In this document: piece after piece, positions 17,204-28,214 of the stretch | Numbering within the stretch: position 1 is the stretch's first letter | How the letters are laid out: every line of letters begins with the position of its first letter | The notes under the pieces: generated by a model | What the model was told of the DNA's origin: nothing | Databases searched by the model: none | The model's input: only the letters and a program-made list of their open reading frames with translations | Program-made: the position numbers and the translations under genes | NCBI GenBank assembly: GCA_965248195.1 | Contig: CBDFIQ010000002.1 | Coordinates: 448,001 to 512,000, forward strand | Reading direction: 5' to 3' | Origin: Longimicrobiales bacterium | GTDB taxonomy: Bacteria > Gemmatimonadota > Gemmatimonadetes > Longimicrobiales > Gaopeijiaceae | Length of the DNA stretch: 64,000 bases

Positions 17204-19165
17204 CTAGGGCAGACGGTATGCCAACAGCTCGCCGGACCGGCCGCCGCCACTCGTGGCGACGACGATGTATTGCTGGTCGTTCACCTGATAGGTCATCGGC
17301 GACCCGCTCTGCGGGGCCCTCATGTAGACGGCACCGACCTCCGCGCCGGTCGCCTTGTCATAGGCGCGCAGCATCGCGCCCATCTCGCCGGTCTCGGTAG
17401 TGTAGAGACCGGACTCGCCGGCGACGACCACGGTCTTGGTGACCAGCACGCCGACGCGGCCAGGCCAGCCGGTTCGCCCGATGTCCATGCCACCAAGCAC
17501 CGCATGGTTCCGGATGTTGTCTGGCGCTTCGCCGTGTGGAATCTGCCACGCGATGTCGCCGGTGTTCATGTTGATGCCGGTGATGCGACCCCATGGCGGC
17601 TTGATCATCGGGAACCCCTGGATGTTCGTCGAAGCATCGCGCGCCGCGACGCCGTCGGGGCGGCCACGGATAAAGTCCATGTCGGAGCGATCCGGGTCGT
17701 TGACCAGCCCGAGCGCGCCGACCTGGGTCTTGGTGTAGATGTAGAAGAAGCCGGTCTCCGGGTCGGCCGATCCGCCGGGCCAGTTCACGCCGCCGGTCGA
17801 GCTGGGTACCGCCAGGGTGCCGAGGTTCCCGCCGGCGATGGCCTCGGTGGGCGGGTCGTACAGCCATCCGACTGTGTATTTGGAGAAGATTGCCTCGGCC
17901 TGCGCCAGCAGCTCGGGCGTGTAGTCGACCAGGTCCTCGACGCCGAGGTCGATCTCGTCGACGGGGGGTGGTCTGGTCGGGATCGGCTGGGTCGGCGAAT
18001 ACCACTCACCCGGCACGTCACCCTGTGTCACCGGCACTTCGGGAATGGGCCACACCGGTTCACCGGTAACCCGGTCGAGCACGAACATGTAGGACTGCTT
18101 GGTCGGTAGGATCAGGGCTTTGATCTCGCGCCCGTCGACGGTGATGTCCAGCAACACGGGCGCCGCTGGCAGGTCCCAGTCCCAGATGTCGTGGTGGACC
18201 GTTTGGTAATGCCAGACTCGTTCGCCCGTGTCCAGGTCGACCGCCACGACGCTGCCAGAGAACAGATTGTCGCCGCGGCGATGCCCACCGTAGTAGTCGC
18301 CGGTCGGCGCCTCGACCGGGAAGTAGGCCATGTTCAGCTCAGGGTCGATGGTCATTTGGGCCCAGACCCCGGTGTTCCCTGTGTAGCGCCAGGAATCGTC
18401 TAGCCACGTATCGTTCCCGAACTCGTCCTCGTCGGGAATCGTGTGGAAGATCCATTTCCGTTCGCCGGTCCGGACGTCGAAGCCGCGGACGTAGCCTTTG
18501 ACGTTCGTGCGCGACGGCGGCGCGCCACCTGGTCGATGTGCCGCGCCGATGATGATCGTGTTGCCCGCGACCACCGGGGCTGCGTGCAGCCCGATTTCGG
18601 AGGTGGGTTCGAGATCTTGATCGATGTCCTGCTTCAGGTCGACGATGCCGGCGTCACCAAAGCTCTGAACCCGGGCACCGGTCCCGGCGTCGAGGGCTAC
18701 CAGCTGGTAGCCGGGTGTGACGTACAGGATCACGCCACCCCTACCGTCCTCCCAGAACGCGAGTCCGCGGCCGGACAGTTGGCGCGGCGCCTCTTCGCCC
18801 CGCTCGCCCTCGTCGATCCGGTGAACCCAGAGCAGTTCGCCCGTCTCGGGGTCGAGCGCGATCACCGACCGTCGAGAGCCGGCCGTCGTGTAGAGGGTGC
18901 CGTTCACCATCAACGGCGTGGACTGGTAATTGGTCTCGGGCCGTGGACCGAGGTTGTCGGTGCTGAATCGCCACGCCAGCTCCAGATCGCTGAAGTTGTC
19001 CGCGGTGATCTGTTCGAGCGGCGAGTAGCGCTGGTGCGTGAGGTCGCCGCCATACGACGGCCACTCGCCCCCCGCGGTTCCCGGCTCTTGGGCCGCCGCG
19101 GTCAGCGCGACGCTCAGCAGCACCACTATCAGGTAGGTCTGGGTTAGCTGCGATTGCAGTCTCAT
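17204..19165 (-). CDS. Periplasmic PQQ-dependent dehydrogenase (glucose/quinate/shikimate-like, no TM anchor)
   Basis: WPSYGGD..RYSPL.QI, HHDIWDWDLPAAP, GGVNWPG, PPWGRI, GSPMTY; signal peptide. Confidence 0.93.
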   Translation of the reverse strand: MRLQSQLTQTYLIVVLLSVALTAAAQEPGTAGGEWPSYGGDLTHQRYSPLEQITADNFSDLELAWRFSTDNLGPRPETNYQSTPLMVNGTLYTTAGSRRSVIALDPETGELLWVHRIDEGERGEEAPRQLSGRGLAFWEDGRGGVILYVTPGYQLVALDAGTGARVQSFGDAGIVDLKQDIDQDLEPTSEIGLHAAPVVAGNTIIIGAAHRPGGAPPSRTNVKGYVRGFDVRTGERKWIFHTIPDEDEFGNDTWLDDSWRYTGNTGVWAQMTIDPELNMAYFPVEAPTGDYYGGHRRGDNLFSGSVVAVDLDTGERVWHYQTVHHDIWDWDLPAAPVLLDITVDGREIKALILPTKQSYMFVLDRVTGEPVWPIPEVPVTQGDVPGEWYSPTQPIPTRPPPVDEIDLGVEDLVDYTPELLAQAEAIFSKYTVGWLYDPPTEAIAGGNLGTLAVPSSTGGVNWPGGSADPETGFFYIYTKTQVGALGLVNDPDRSDMDFIRGRPDGVAARDASTNIQGFPMIKPPWGRITGINMNTGDIAWQIPHGEAPDNIRNHAVLGGMDIGRTGWPGRVGVLVTKTVVVAGESGLYTTETGEMGAMLRAYDKATGAEVGAVYMRAPQSGSPMTYQVNDQQYIVVATSGGGRSGELLAYRLP

Positions 19166-19555
19166 GAATCGTCCCTCATCGGTTCGGGCCTGCATTAAAC
19201 GACTACGGACGGACGCTCACACACGATCGCCTGGCCCCGAGCGGAGAGTCCGTGGGAAAACTGATGCAGCCATGATAGGCTGAAATCGAGCCGGAGGCAC
19301 CATGTCGGGTCCTTCCGCACGGAGGCCTAGCCTCTCCTGCCCGTCCACGGGGTTACCTGGCAGCCCGAGGTGAAGGTCCACCTGCTTCGACCGGCGAGAG
19401 CGGTCGCGACATCAAACGGGTTGTTGGGGATAGGGATTTCGAACGCCCCTTGTCCGAGGCCAAGATACGCTCTCTCCGTTGACCCATTAAAGGATTGGAC
19501 GAGGGGATGCGCGGATGGGTAGGGAGGTGGCCGTCTCGTTTCAGGCCTTACGCAC

Positions 19556-20641
19556 TCACTCCCGGACTCTGCTCCTGACCCAAAACTCATCGACGATTTG
19601 GCCGGCGACGTCCTTGAGGTAGAAGCGGGCTAGGCTTGGATCACCATCAATGTTGAAACTAGCGAAGAGAGCCCCGTTTCTCGCTCCCTGAGTGGCTGTG
19701 TAGATGGATGCCCACCAGTCACCCTCACGCGTTTGGAATCTAATGTTCGTACCCCCCAAGCCGCTCACGAAGACAAACGTCCGGCCCAGGGAGATTTCAA
19801 GTGTGTCAGACGTGGAGGCGATTGTCTGCTCCGAAATGTTTGAGAGAAGGTGAGTCCGGCTATAGGAATGCTCGTGCCCCGTCGCAATGATGGCGCCCCC
19901 CTCTCGACATGCTTCGTATATCGCATATCCAACCTCGTCCGCCTTGTTGCCCACCTGCATCGCCCTCTGGTTCTTGTGCCAGCTACAGATACGCCAGGTG
20001 GCCGTGTCGGTTGCGAGTTCTCCGGCAAAATAATTCGCATAGGTACTGTTTTCGGTGTTCGGAAATATCCCAAGTGCTCCAAGGAGGATGTGGATGCCCT
20101 CAAAGCTGAGGGAAGCCTGCTCTCCATAGATTCCGGTCCAGGTGTACCCAAGCCGACTGGCCCGATCTTCAAGCCGATCGCGATAGCCGCCTTCTTCCCC
20201 CCACGCCCCACCCTCGATGTCGTGATTCCCGACCGACGCGAAATACGGGAAATTCTGGCCGAGCTCCTCGTCGATCATGGCCATCCAGCCCTGTGGATCC
20301 TGTCCGTAATCGAAGTCGCCTTGATGGAGCACGGCATCGACACCCTCCTCTCGGATTAGGCGCAGGACGGCTCGCGGGCCCTCATACTGTCCAGCCGGCT
20401 CCAAAAATTGGTCTGCAATGAACGCTATCTGGACGAGGCGCACCGGCTCCGGATCGGGGTCGACACCGCCGTCACCGCAGGAGATTAGGAGTGCAAAAAG
20501 CGCCGGTGCGAAACGAACGTGGGCTCGGAGGGCACAGGTCGACGAGGACGAAGGGGGGAAAGAAGGAGCAGATGGATGCCGCCATGACGAGCTCCACCGG
20601 TTCGGAATCATCTTTGCTCTTCGCGATCGAGAGTTGCCCAC
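19556..20641 (-). CDS. Metallophosphoesterase lipoprotein (start uncertain)
   Basis: FIADQ, HQGDFDY, VGNHD, TGHEHSYSR; lipobox-like LISC. Confidence 0.88.
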   Translation of the reverse strand: MGNSRSRRAKMIPNRWSSSWRHPSAPSFPPSSSSTCALRAHVRFAPALFALLISCGDGGVDPDPEPVRLVQIAFIADQFLEPAGQYEGPRAVLRLIREEGVDAVLHQGDFDYGQDPQGWMAMIDEELGQNFPYFASVGNHDIEGGAWGEEGGYRDRLEDRASRLGYTWTGIYGEQASLSFEGIHILLGALGIFPNTENSTYANYFAGELATDTATWRICSWHKNQRAMQVGNKADEVGYAIYEACREGGAIIATGHEHSYSRTHLLSNISEQTIASTSDTLEISLGRTFVFVSGLGGTNIRFQTREGDWWASIYTATQGARNGALFASFNIDGDPSLARFYLKDVAGQIVDEFWVRSRVRE

Positions 20642-20789
20642 GCTAGCGGACGGTCAGCCTGGGTCCCCGCGGTTGACGCCGTCGTCTTGCGGGATGAGAT
20701 GGTCAGCGTGTCCCGAACCGTCGCGTTGATCGTCTCGGTATAAACCACCACACCGTCCGGGTCTCTACAGTTGAAGACCAGTGTTGTCA

Positions 20790-20860
20790 CCGTCCAGCAG
20801 CGCCTGAAACCGCGGATGATCGCGCAGCGGATCCCAGAAGAGGATCGATCCCGAGCACCG
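20790..20860 (-). pseudogene. C-terminal remnant of a TPR/TolB-type protein
   Basis: IDPL/WDPLRDHPRFQALL terminal motif with a frameshift and no upstream gene body. Confidence 0.55.
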
Positions 20861-21074
20861 AAGCCAAGACGAGTTAAGGATAAGATAAAACCAAAGGCCA
20901 GGCAGCCTCATGACCAACCCCATCACCTGACGCGGAGCCTCCCACTCGCGCACTCCACTGCATATCTCCATATTGGATCGACTCGAGGAGGCGTCTGTCG
21001 CGAACGCATCGCGCCGCTCCGTCTTCCCCGTGCGCAAGCTACGCTTCAGGTCCACCCCGGAGAGGAAGAGATCC

Positions 21075-21656
21075 ATGATCGGACGAACGATGTTGGGTCG
21101 AATATCGGCACTTGGCTTCGGAATGTTCTTCATCACGTCGGGATTGGCGGCTCAGGAGCATGAGATGCCCGGCCAAACCTCTCATGTTGCCATTGATGGG
21201 GGCATGATCATGGGGGAGGGTATGAGCAGCCAGATGCTGCAAAGGGTGGGGCAGGGTATAGGGATCGTGGTCATTGGCGGCCCTGGGCCAGCGATGATCC
21301 TCAGCATGGGAGAGGCGCTGAATCTCACCGATGACCAAAAGGCCCAGCTAGATGCCATCCAGGCTGAGTACTCGGAAGCTGCTCAGCCTCACATGCCGGG
21401 CATGATAGCGGCCCATGAGGATGTCCGTGTTGCGCTCGAAGGTGATTCGCCTGACTTCGTCGCCTACGAGCACGCGCTTCAGGAAGGCGCCGACCTAATG
21501 GTGCAGACGCACGTGGCGATGGCGCGAGCCGCGGAGGAGGCCAGGAAAGTCTTGACCGACGAGCAGGTCAAGCAACTCGGAAGCGGAATGCCGATGATTT
21601 ATGGAATGATGGGGCACGGGCGGCCGGACCCGGGGATTGGAGGGCGGCACAACTAA
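21075..21656 (+). CDS. Spy/CpxP family periplasmic chaperone, Met/His-rich
   Basis: Signal peptide; LNLTDDQK and VLTDEQ (LTxxQ) motifs. Confidence 0.8.
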   Translation: MIGRTMLGRISALGFGMFFITSGLAAQEHEMPGQTSHVAIDGGMIMGEGMSSQMLQRVGQGIGIVVIGGPGPAMILSMGEALNLTDDQKAQLDAIQAEYSEAAQPHMPGMIAAHEDVRVALEGDSPDFVAYEHALQEGADLMVQTHVAMARAAEEARKVLTDEQVKQLGSGMPMIYGMMGHGRPDPGIGGRHN

Positions 21657-21696
21657 TAAAGCCCGTCAATAGTTGTGCCCTAATCTCGGGTGTGCC

Positions 21697-22161
21697 CTAA
21701 TCTCGAGCCGACCCGTTGACCGGACTCCCCGGCACCGCTTCCTGGAGCGAGATGCGCCAACGGATCTGCTCCGACTCGATCCGCAGGTACGCCACGCGTG
21801 GGTTGGCCGCCAGGTCCACGGTGTCGGCGCCGGCCTCCTGGGTGTCGACGATCGTCTGCAGCGGCCGGCCGCTGATCGCACTGTGGAGCGAGACGCGGAA
21901 GTTGGCCGTATCAGGAGCGCCCTCTTGGAGCGTTTCCCACGTCAGCCGCATGGAGCCCGTGGTCACGTCGAAGGACTCGGTCTGACGATCGCCGCTTCCC
22001 GACCAGGTGCCGAGTGCACGCCACAGAGTGCTCGCCCTGGCGACGGGCGGGGCGGACTCCTCCTGCCGGCTTTCACAGGCTGTGAGCAGCAGCAGTGCTA
22101 CAAGGACGAGCGGCCAGCAGCGCAACCGCCGGCTCGTCCGCCAGCGCAGCGAGAGTGACAC
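21697..22161 (-). CDS. Hypothetical lipoprotein at the end of the molybdoenzyme operon
   Basis: Lipobox LTAC; WSGSGDRQTESF beta-rich domain. Confidence 0.7.
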   Translation of the reverse strand: MSLSLRWRTSRRLRCWPLVLVALLLLTACESRQEESAPPVARASTLWRALGTWSGSGDRQTESFDVTTGSMRLTWETLQEGAPDTANFRVSLHSAISGRPLQTIVDTQEAGADTVDLAANPRVAYLRIESEQIRWRISLQEAVPGSPVNGSARD

Positions 22162-22192
22162 GCGCCGAGGGCTTCGCGCCCCGCGGTCTGGT

Positions 22193-23206
22193 CTACGCCG
22201 TGGCAGCGAGCGGCCCGCCCCTGACGGCGCGCCGCACCAGGTTGCGCATCAACGGCACCTTGTAGGCGTTGTAGCGCAGCGGCCGGGCACCCTGGACGGC
22301 CAGCTCGCCGGCCATGGTGGCCGTCTCTTCATTCAGCGGCTGGCCGGTCAGCGCCTCCTCCACCCCCCGCAAGCGCAGCGGCCGCGCAGCCACAGCGCCG
22401 ACCACCACTCGGGCCTCGTCGATACGCCCGCCGCTCTCCTTGATCGCCGAAGCGACGTTGACCAAGGGGAAGTCCCACACCTCGCGGTCGCGCACCTTCT
22501 CGAAATAGAACCGCGCGCCCGCCCATGTTGCCGGGACGCGGATTGATGTGAGCAGGTCGCCGGGCTCCAAAACGGTCATGCGCGTGATGTCGATGTCCGG
22601 TCCGAGGAAGTAGTCGTCCGCGTCGACGACGCGCTCGCGTCCGCCCCGCCGGATGACCATCTGGGCATCGATCGCGACGAGCGCGGGGGCCGTGTCCGAG
22701 GGGCTCACGGCCACGCACCGACTCGTCTGGAGGATGGCATGCTCGCGGTTCAACGCCGTCGGTGAATCAGCGTAGCAAGTGTTGCCGCCGGCTCGATAGC
22801 AGGTCCAGCCGTTGCGGTAGTAGGCGCAGCGTGTGTCCTGCGACACGTTGCCGCCTAATGTGCCCTGATGGCGGATCTGGGGCGATGCCACGAGCCCCGC
22901 GGCCTTGGCCAGCATCCCGAAGCGCTCGATGATGGCCGGATGCTCGGCCACGTCGGTGAGCGTGGTCATGGCCCCGATCTCGAGACCCCCGCCGGTTTCG
23001 CGGATGCCCTGCAGCTCCTCCACCTGGCTGAGCTCGATGACCACACCGGTCCGCTTCGTGCGGTCCTTGAGCCAGTCGAACGAGTCCATGCCGCCGGCGA
23101 TGATCCATGCCTCGTCGCCGTAGGCGTCAGCGGCCTCCACGGCCTCGTCGAGGCTGGTGGGCTGGATCAGCTGGAACGGAGGGATTACGTCGTGCACGTT
23201 CGCCAT
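22193..23206 (-). CDS. Xanthine dehydrogenase family FAD-binding subunit
   Basis: AGGMD, IGAMTTL, ASPQIRHQGTLGGN, Cys-containing RCAYYR...CY...CY insert, PSDTAPAL. Confidence 0.93.
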   Translation of the reverse strand: MANVHDVIPPFQLIQPTSLDEAVEAADAYGDEAWIIAGGMDSFDWLKDRTKRTGVVIELSQVEELQGIRETGGGLEIGAMTTLTDVAEHPAIIERFGMLAKAAGLVASPQIRHQGTLGGNVSQDTRCAYYRNGWTCYRAGGNTCYADSPTALNREHAILQTSRCVAVSPSDTAPALVAIDAQMVIRRGGRERVVDADDYFLGPDIDITRMTVLEPGDLLTSIRVPATWAGARFYFEKVRDREVWDFPLVNVASAIKESGGRIDEARVVVGAVAARPLRLRGVEEALTGQPLNEETATMAGELAVQGARPLRYNAYKVPLMRNLVRRAVRGGPLAATA

Positions 23207-23275
23207 TGTGCTTCTCCTGGACTCCGAGCTACCGAAGCATCGTCTGCTGATTCGTCATCTGGATCTCTATCCGCA

Positions 23276-25744
23276 TCAGATGTGGGCCGTCAACGCCTCC
23301 TGCATGGGCCGCCCGTGCTCGAGCGCCATGAGGATGTTGTCGAGCGTCACCGGTGTGCGGCTGAACGCGTCATCGCCGAGTGCCGCGGAGAGCGCGTTGA
23401 GGACTGCGCCCGCCCCCGCGGCAACCGGCGGCTCGCCGATACCCTTCGCGCCGACCGGGGTCTCGGGATCCGGTATGTTCACCGCGTCCCACTGCATATT
23501 TCGCGGTACGTCCAGTATCGTGGGTGGACGATTCTGGTACATCCGCGTCGCCAATGGCAGGCCGTAGTGCTGGTCGTACAGGGTCTTCTGCGCGAGGGTG
23601 TGCCCCATGCCGAGCACCGAGCGCCCGAGAATCTGCCCGCCGTAGGATCGCGGGTGGATGATGGTGCCCGAGTCGCCCACCGCCAGGTAGTCGAGTATTC
23701 GGTAGTCGCCCGTCTCGAGGTCCACCTCGACCTCCGCGAACCCGGCGACGAAGGAGAACGTCCTGCCGTCTCGCTCGTAGCTGTCGCGTGCTACGCCCAT
23801 GAGGCCCTGCCCAGCAAGTGCGGTCGCCGAGTTGGTGGTATACCGGTTGATGTCCTCGGGCAGCTCGTGCCCGTCGTACCAGCCGCCCATCTCGATTGCT
23901 CGCTGGGCGACCTCCGCGAGTGTCATGCTGCGGCTGCCGTTCGAGACGCGCTCGTCGGCCACATTGTAGGACTCGGGGCTTCCGCCGAGCGTGCGGGCCG
24001 CGATCTCCTTCGTCTTGGCGATCGCGTCCGAGGCCGCCGCGTGGGCCGCGCGCGTCATCGCGTGCGTCGTCTGGCTCCCGCCGGAGACGCACGTCCACGG
24101 CAAGTTCTGGGACGTGTCGCCCCAGGAGATCTCCACCTTGTCCCACGGCACGCCCATCAACTCGGCCGCCACGCGATGGACGTCGGAGTACGATTCTGTG
24201 CCCAGATTGCCGACGCCCGACTTGACGTACATACGGCCGTCGGGCTTGATCACGAAGAGCCCGTCGAACCCGGTCGAGCCGGCGACGAACGTGCTAACAC
24301 CGACTCCGGTCCCACGCACCGTCGAGCCTGTGCGCTGACCGGAGCGCGCGATACGCGTCTCCCAGTCGAAGAGCTCGGCGCCCCGGTCCAGCGCTTCCGT
24401 GAGGAAGGAGCCCGTGCAGTACGCTCTGGGAGCGTCGCCAAACTGAGGGCCGAACGGCGCCTTGCCGACGGGTGCGTTGACCCGGCGGATGTCCACCTGG
24501 TCGAGACCGAGCTGGCGCGCGGCCTTGGCGATGACCGGCTCCATCATCACGATGCCCTGAAGCCCTCCGGGCTGGCTCTGCGCCCGGCGCGGCGGCGTGT
24601 TCGTGAGCACGGTGGTCGCCCGCATCCGCATGGCCTGCGGCTGATAGAGCAACGACACGATGGTGCCGGAGAACCCGGCGTCGCCTGCAGGTTCGTACGC
24701 GCTATTCTCGCCTATGCAGAACATGTCGAGGGCCAGGAGGCGCCCGTCGCTGGCAAATCCGGCCCTCACGCGACCGTGGACCGCAGGGCGAATACCGCCG
24801 ATGTAGTGGTCCTCCTCGCGCGAGATGCGGAGCATGACCGGCTGGCCCGCTTTCCTAGCGAGCACGGCCGGGACAGTGCTGATGACGGCGCCGGTAGCCC
24901 GGCTGCCGAAGCCACCGCCGGTGTACTCCGTAATGAGCACGACATCGTCGATGTCGAGCCGCATCCAGCGGGCGAGGGACGCCACCGTTTGCACGGTGCT
25001 CTGCGTGCCCGTGTGCACGTACAGCTTTCCGTTGCGCCAGTACGCGAGCGTGGAGCGCGGCTCGAGCACGTTGTGGATGTTGTTGGCGACCGAGAAAGTC
25101 TCGTCGAGCACGAGCGCCGCCTCGGCGAATCCCGCCTCGACGTCGCCGAACGACCATTCGTCCTGTGGTGTGCCGGTCGGCAATCGTCCCTCTTCATACT
25201 CGGCGAAATCGGCGCTCGCCCACTTCAACTTCTGCACGTCGAGCGGTGCCGTGGGCTCTCCCGCTGGACGGCCCCAGCAGTTGCCTTCGGTGCGCGCGTC
25301 GGGCCCGTCGGGACGGAGACTCACGAGCGGGTCGACCACGAACGGCAGCGGCTCGAAGTCGATCTCGATGGCTTCAATGGCTGCCACCGCCGTCTCCTCG
25401 TCCACCGCCGCCACGGCCAACACCGGTTCCCCGGCATATACGGGTTCGTCGCTGAGTGCTCGCTCGCCCTTGGGATTGGCTGGGATCCTCTCGCCGAGAT
25501 CGGTCACGACGTCGGCCGGCGCCGGAAGCTCCGACGCCCTGAGGATGGCGCGCACGCCCGGCATGGCCTCGGCGGCGCTCGTGTCGATGCTCCGGACCCG
25601 GGCGTGGGGGAGGGGGCTCAGCAAGAGTTTCGCGTAAAGCATTCCGTCGACCCGGAAGTCCTCAGCGTACTTGGCTCGGCCGGTGACCTTGGCGACCAAG
25701 TCGGGTGTGACGTAGTTCTGACCGACCAGCTTGTTCTCACCCAC
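23276..25744 (-). CDS. Xanthine dehydrogenase family molybdopterin-binding subunit
   Basis: KVTGRAKYAED, SPLPHA, GGGFGSR, SGGSQTT, GAKGIGE. Confidence 0.95.
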   Translation of the reverse strand: MGENKLVGQNYVTPDLVAKVTGRAKYAEDFRVDGMLYAKLLLSPLPHARVRSIDTSAAEAMPGVRAILRASELPAPADVVTDLGERIPANPKGERALSDEPVYAGEPVLAVAAVDEETAVAAIEAIEIDFEPLPFVVDPLVSLRPDGPDARTEGNCWGRPAGEPTAPLDVQKLKWASADFAEYEEGRLPTGTPQDEWSFGDVEAGFAEAALVLDETFSVANNIHNVLEPRSTLAYWRNGKLYVHTGTQSTVQTVASLARWMRLDIDDVVLITEYTGGGFGSRATGAVISTVPAVLARKAGQPVMLRISREEDHYIGGIRPAVHGRVRAGFASDGRLLALDMFCIGENSAYEPAGDAGFSGTIVSLLYQPQAMRMRATTVLTNTPPRRAQSQPGGLQGIVMMEPVIAKAARQLGLDQVDIRRVNAPVGKAPFGPQFGDAPRAYCTGSFLTEALDRGAELFDWETRIARSGQRTGSTVRGTGVGVSTFVAGSTGFDGLFVIKPDGRMYVKSGVGNLGTESYSDVHRVAAELMGVPWDKVEISWGDTSQNLPWTCVSGGSQTTHAMTRAAHAAASDAIAKTKEIAARTLGGSPESYNVADERVSNGSRSMTLAEVAQRAIEMGGWYDGHELPEDINRYTTNSATALAGQGLMGVARDSYERDGRTFSFVAGFAEVEVDLETGDYRILDYLAVGDSGTIIHPRSYGGQILGRSVLGMGHTLAQKTLYDQHYGLPLATRMYQNRPPTILDVPRNMQWDAVNIPDPETPVGAKGIGEPPVAAGAGAVLNALSAALGDDAFSRTPVTLDNILMALEHGRPMQEALTAHI

Positions 25745-26384
25745 GGGTCACCTCCCGCGAAAGCTCAGCGCCCCGTCCCAGGGCCGTGAGGATTTTGTCG
25801 TAGTCCTGGCACCGGCACAGGTTGCCGGAGACGCCATGAGCCAGCTCTTCTCGAGTCGGATCAGGGTTCTTCTTCAGGAATCCCACCGCCGCCATGACGA
25901 ACCCGGTCATGCAGTAGGCGCACTGGAAGCCCTGCTCCTCGACCACGCCCTGCTGCACCGGGTGGAGCGTACCATCGGGCGACGCCAGACCCTCGATCGT
26001 CGTGATCTCGCGCGACCTGACCGTGTGCGTCAGCACCGAGCACGAGTAGCGCGGCACGTCATCGACAAGCACGGTGCACGCACCACACTCCGCGCGGTCG
26101 CAGCCGAGCTTGGTGCCCGTGAGCCCGAGCTTGTAGCGGAGCGTCGTGGCCAGGGTCTCCTGCGGGGCTACGTCGACCCGCCGAATCTGGCCGTTGACGT
26201 TGAGCGTCAGCAGCCGCTCAACGCCGCTCGTCCGAGCGGCTCCACCCGTCAAGAGCGGGCTGTTGCGGAAGAGGTAGGCCGCGGAGGAAACCGCCACGCC
26301 TCCGGCGATTACACCCTTGATGAAGGTGCGCCGGGTGAGGTCGGTCGGCCCGCCGCGGCTGGTTTGAGCGTCGTCGCTTGGCAT
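25737..26384 (-). CDS. 2Fe-2S subunit with Tat signal (PaoA-like)
   Basis: TRRTFIK Tat motif; GCDRAECGACT, QCAYC, NLCRC. Confidence 0.95.
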   Translation of the reverse strand: MPSDDAQTSRGGPTDLTRRTFIKGVIAGGVAVSSAAYLFRNSPLLTGGAARTSGVERLLTLNVNGQIRRVDVAPQETLATTLRYKLGLTGTKLGCDRAECGACTVLVDDVPRYSCSVLTHTVRSREITTIEGLASPDGTLHPVQQGVVEEQGFQCAYCMTGFVMAAVGFLKKNPDPTREELAHGVSGNLCRCQDYDKILTALGRGAELSREVTRG

Positions 26385-26671
26385 ATCGCCTCTCCTCCAT
26401 ATCGCGAGAATGGCGAGGACGGGGTCCGCTACGATCCCATCGATCGGGCCCACAATAACGTGCGGCCTGGCCGTACGACACCCCTCCCCAGGGGGGGTTC
26501 TCCAGCGCTGCCAACGCCCGACGCCGTGACCACGGCTTCGTTGCTCTCGACACCAAGCCCGTGGTGCGTGCTGATTCCGATGTCGGGGGTCCGCGACGGC
26601 CGATTGGTACTACTCTAGAGGTCACTCGTCTTCACGGTGAGAGCGGATACGCCAGACAGTGTGGGAGGCGG

Positions 26672-27259
26672 ATGATGAACTGGATTGGGGAGGGACTGCT
26701 CGTGCTGTGCATCTCGACGATGGTCCCGAACGGGATCGCCTGTCAGATTCAGATGATGATCGGGGTGCGCGGCGGCTTAACGAGCGCGACGCTCCTCGAT
26801 GGGCGGCTGATGTTCGTTCTTCCGCCGGAGGGCTCCGCGCAAGTTGTTCCGACGCGAGAATCCTCGGTCCGTGCCCTTGAGGCTGGACAACGTGTCCGGG
26901 TCCGGGCTGCGGATGCATTGAGTATCGAGGGCGTGTTTTTGGGCCTCGAAGGGCAGGATATGCTCCTAAGCACGACCCGGGCCGGGCCGGGCCAGCGCGT
27001 TCCCGTAGATCGGTTAGAGGCTCTGTGGGTAAGAAAGCGAGCTACCCGGAAAGGGGCCTTCATCGGAGCGATTACGGGCGGTGCAGTGGGAGTCGGGTTC
27101 GGCCTCTTCATTGGTGAGGTCCTTTGTAACGACGCAGACTGTGAGGCCGGCACACTCGGGGCTGCCGCTCTGGTCGGTGCGTTTGGAGCTGGCGCGGGGG
27201 CGGCCGGCGGAGCGCTGATAGGGTACTTGGTGCAGGGATGGTCCGCCGTCTGGCCGTGA
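26672..27259 (+). CDS. Hypothetical membrane protein with glycine-zipper C-terminus
   Basis: GQRVRV beta domain followed by GAFIGA...GALIG hydrophobic helices. Confidence 0.65.
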   Translation: MMNWIGEGLLVLCISTMVPNGIACQIQMMIGVRGGLTSATLLDGRLMFVLPPEGSAQVVPTRESSVRALEAGQRVRVRAADALSIEGVFLGLEGQDMLLSTTRAGPGQRVPVDRLEALWVRKRATRKGAFIGAITGGAVGVGFGLFIGEVLCNDADCEAGTLGAAALVGAFGAGAGAAGGALIGYLVQGWSAVWP

Positions 27260-27265
27260 CGACTA

Positions 27266-28076
27266 GGGTCTGTTAACACTAAGGGCAATTTGTAGTATAT
27301 TGGGGCTATGAAAATCACAGAGTCCCAATATCGTCGGATAGAGGCTTGCTTTCCGCATCAGCGCGGCAATGTGAGCATCTCCAATCTCGAAGTGCTTAAC
27401 GCGATCCTGTATGTGGCCGAACACGGCTGCAAATGGCGGGGGTTGCCTCCGCGTTTCGGTAACTGGCATACGATCTACACCCGAATGAATCGCTGGGCCA
27501 GGGCAGGTGTGCTGGATCGTGTCTTTGCGGCCCTGCAAGACGAGCAAATTATCCGGATCAAGATCCAAGCTCTGTCGATCGACAGTACCATCGTCAAGGT
27601 GCACCCTGATGGCACCGGCGCTCTAAAAAAAACGGCCCGCAGGCCATCGGCAAGTCGCGTGGAGGCTGGACCACCAAGATTCATATGGTTGCCGCAGATG
27701 CTCGAACCGCGATAACCTTCTCGCTATCGCCAGGCCACAAGCACGACGCGCCGGAAGGACGGGAACAATGGCACGTTGAAGCCGGTACATTCCACAGTGT
27801 CCATGATCATGGACCGGGCGTACGAGGGGGGCGAAACACGGCAATTGGTGTTGGAGCTGGGGTTTACGCCGGTCGTGCCACCCAAGCAGGGCCGTGTTAA
27901 CCCGTGGCAGTATGACCGAGTCATGTATCGCCGTCGTAACGAAATAGAGCGGTTATTTCGGCGACTCAAAGGCTTCAGAAGAATCTTCTCCCGCTTTGAC
28001 AAGCTCGACGTGATGTTTACCGCCTTCATCCACTTCGCGCTCATCGTCGAAGCCCTCAGATAGTGTTAACAGGCCC
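27266..28076 (+). mobile_element. IS5-family (IS427-like) element, probably inactivated
   Basis: TIRs gggtctgttaacacta / tagtgttaacaggccc in a CTAG/TA target context; orfA with GCKWRGLP and IDST; A8 slippery run at 27625-27632; an extra frame break near 27765 separates HDAPEGR from MDRAYEG...RNEIERLFRRLKGFRRIFSRFDK. Confidence 0.9.
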
Positions 28077-28214
28077 TAGTTGTTCCAGCTACGCCCGCTT
28101 CCGGACACAACAGTGAAGGGAATCGAGAAGCCCATTGCCATCTACGCGGTCGATGGCTTCGATAAAGATGGGAGCGGATCCTAGGCGAATCAAAGTCGCA
28201 CGGCTCTGGCGATT

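Noticed and set aside
22868..25789. 973-aa plus-strand ORF and other long antisense ORFs (e.g. 260..1216, 3048..4271, 4629..5843, 35553..36722)
   Set aside because: Shadow frames of well-supported genes in GC-rich DNA, with no recognisable motifs
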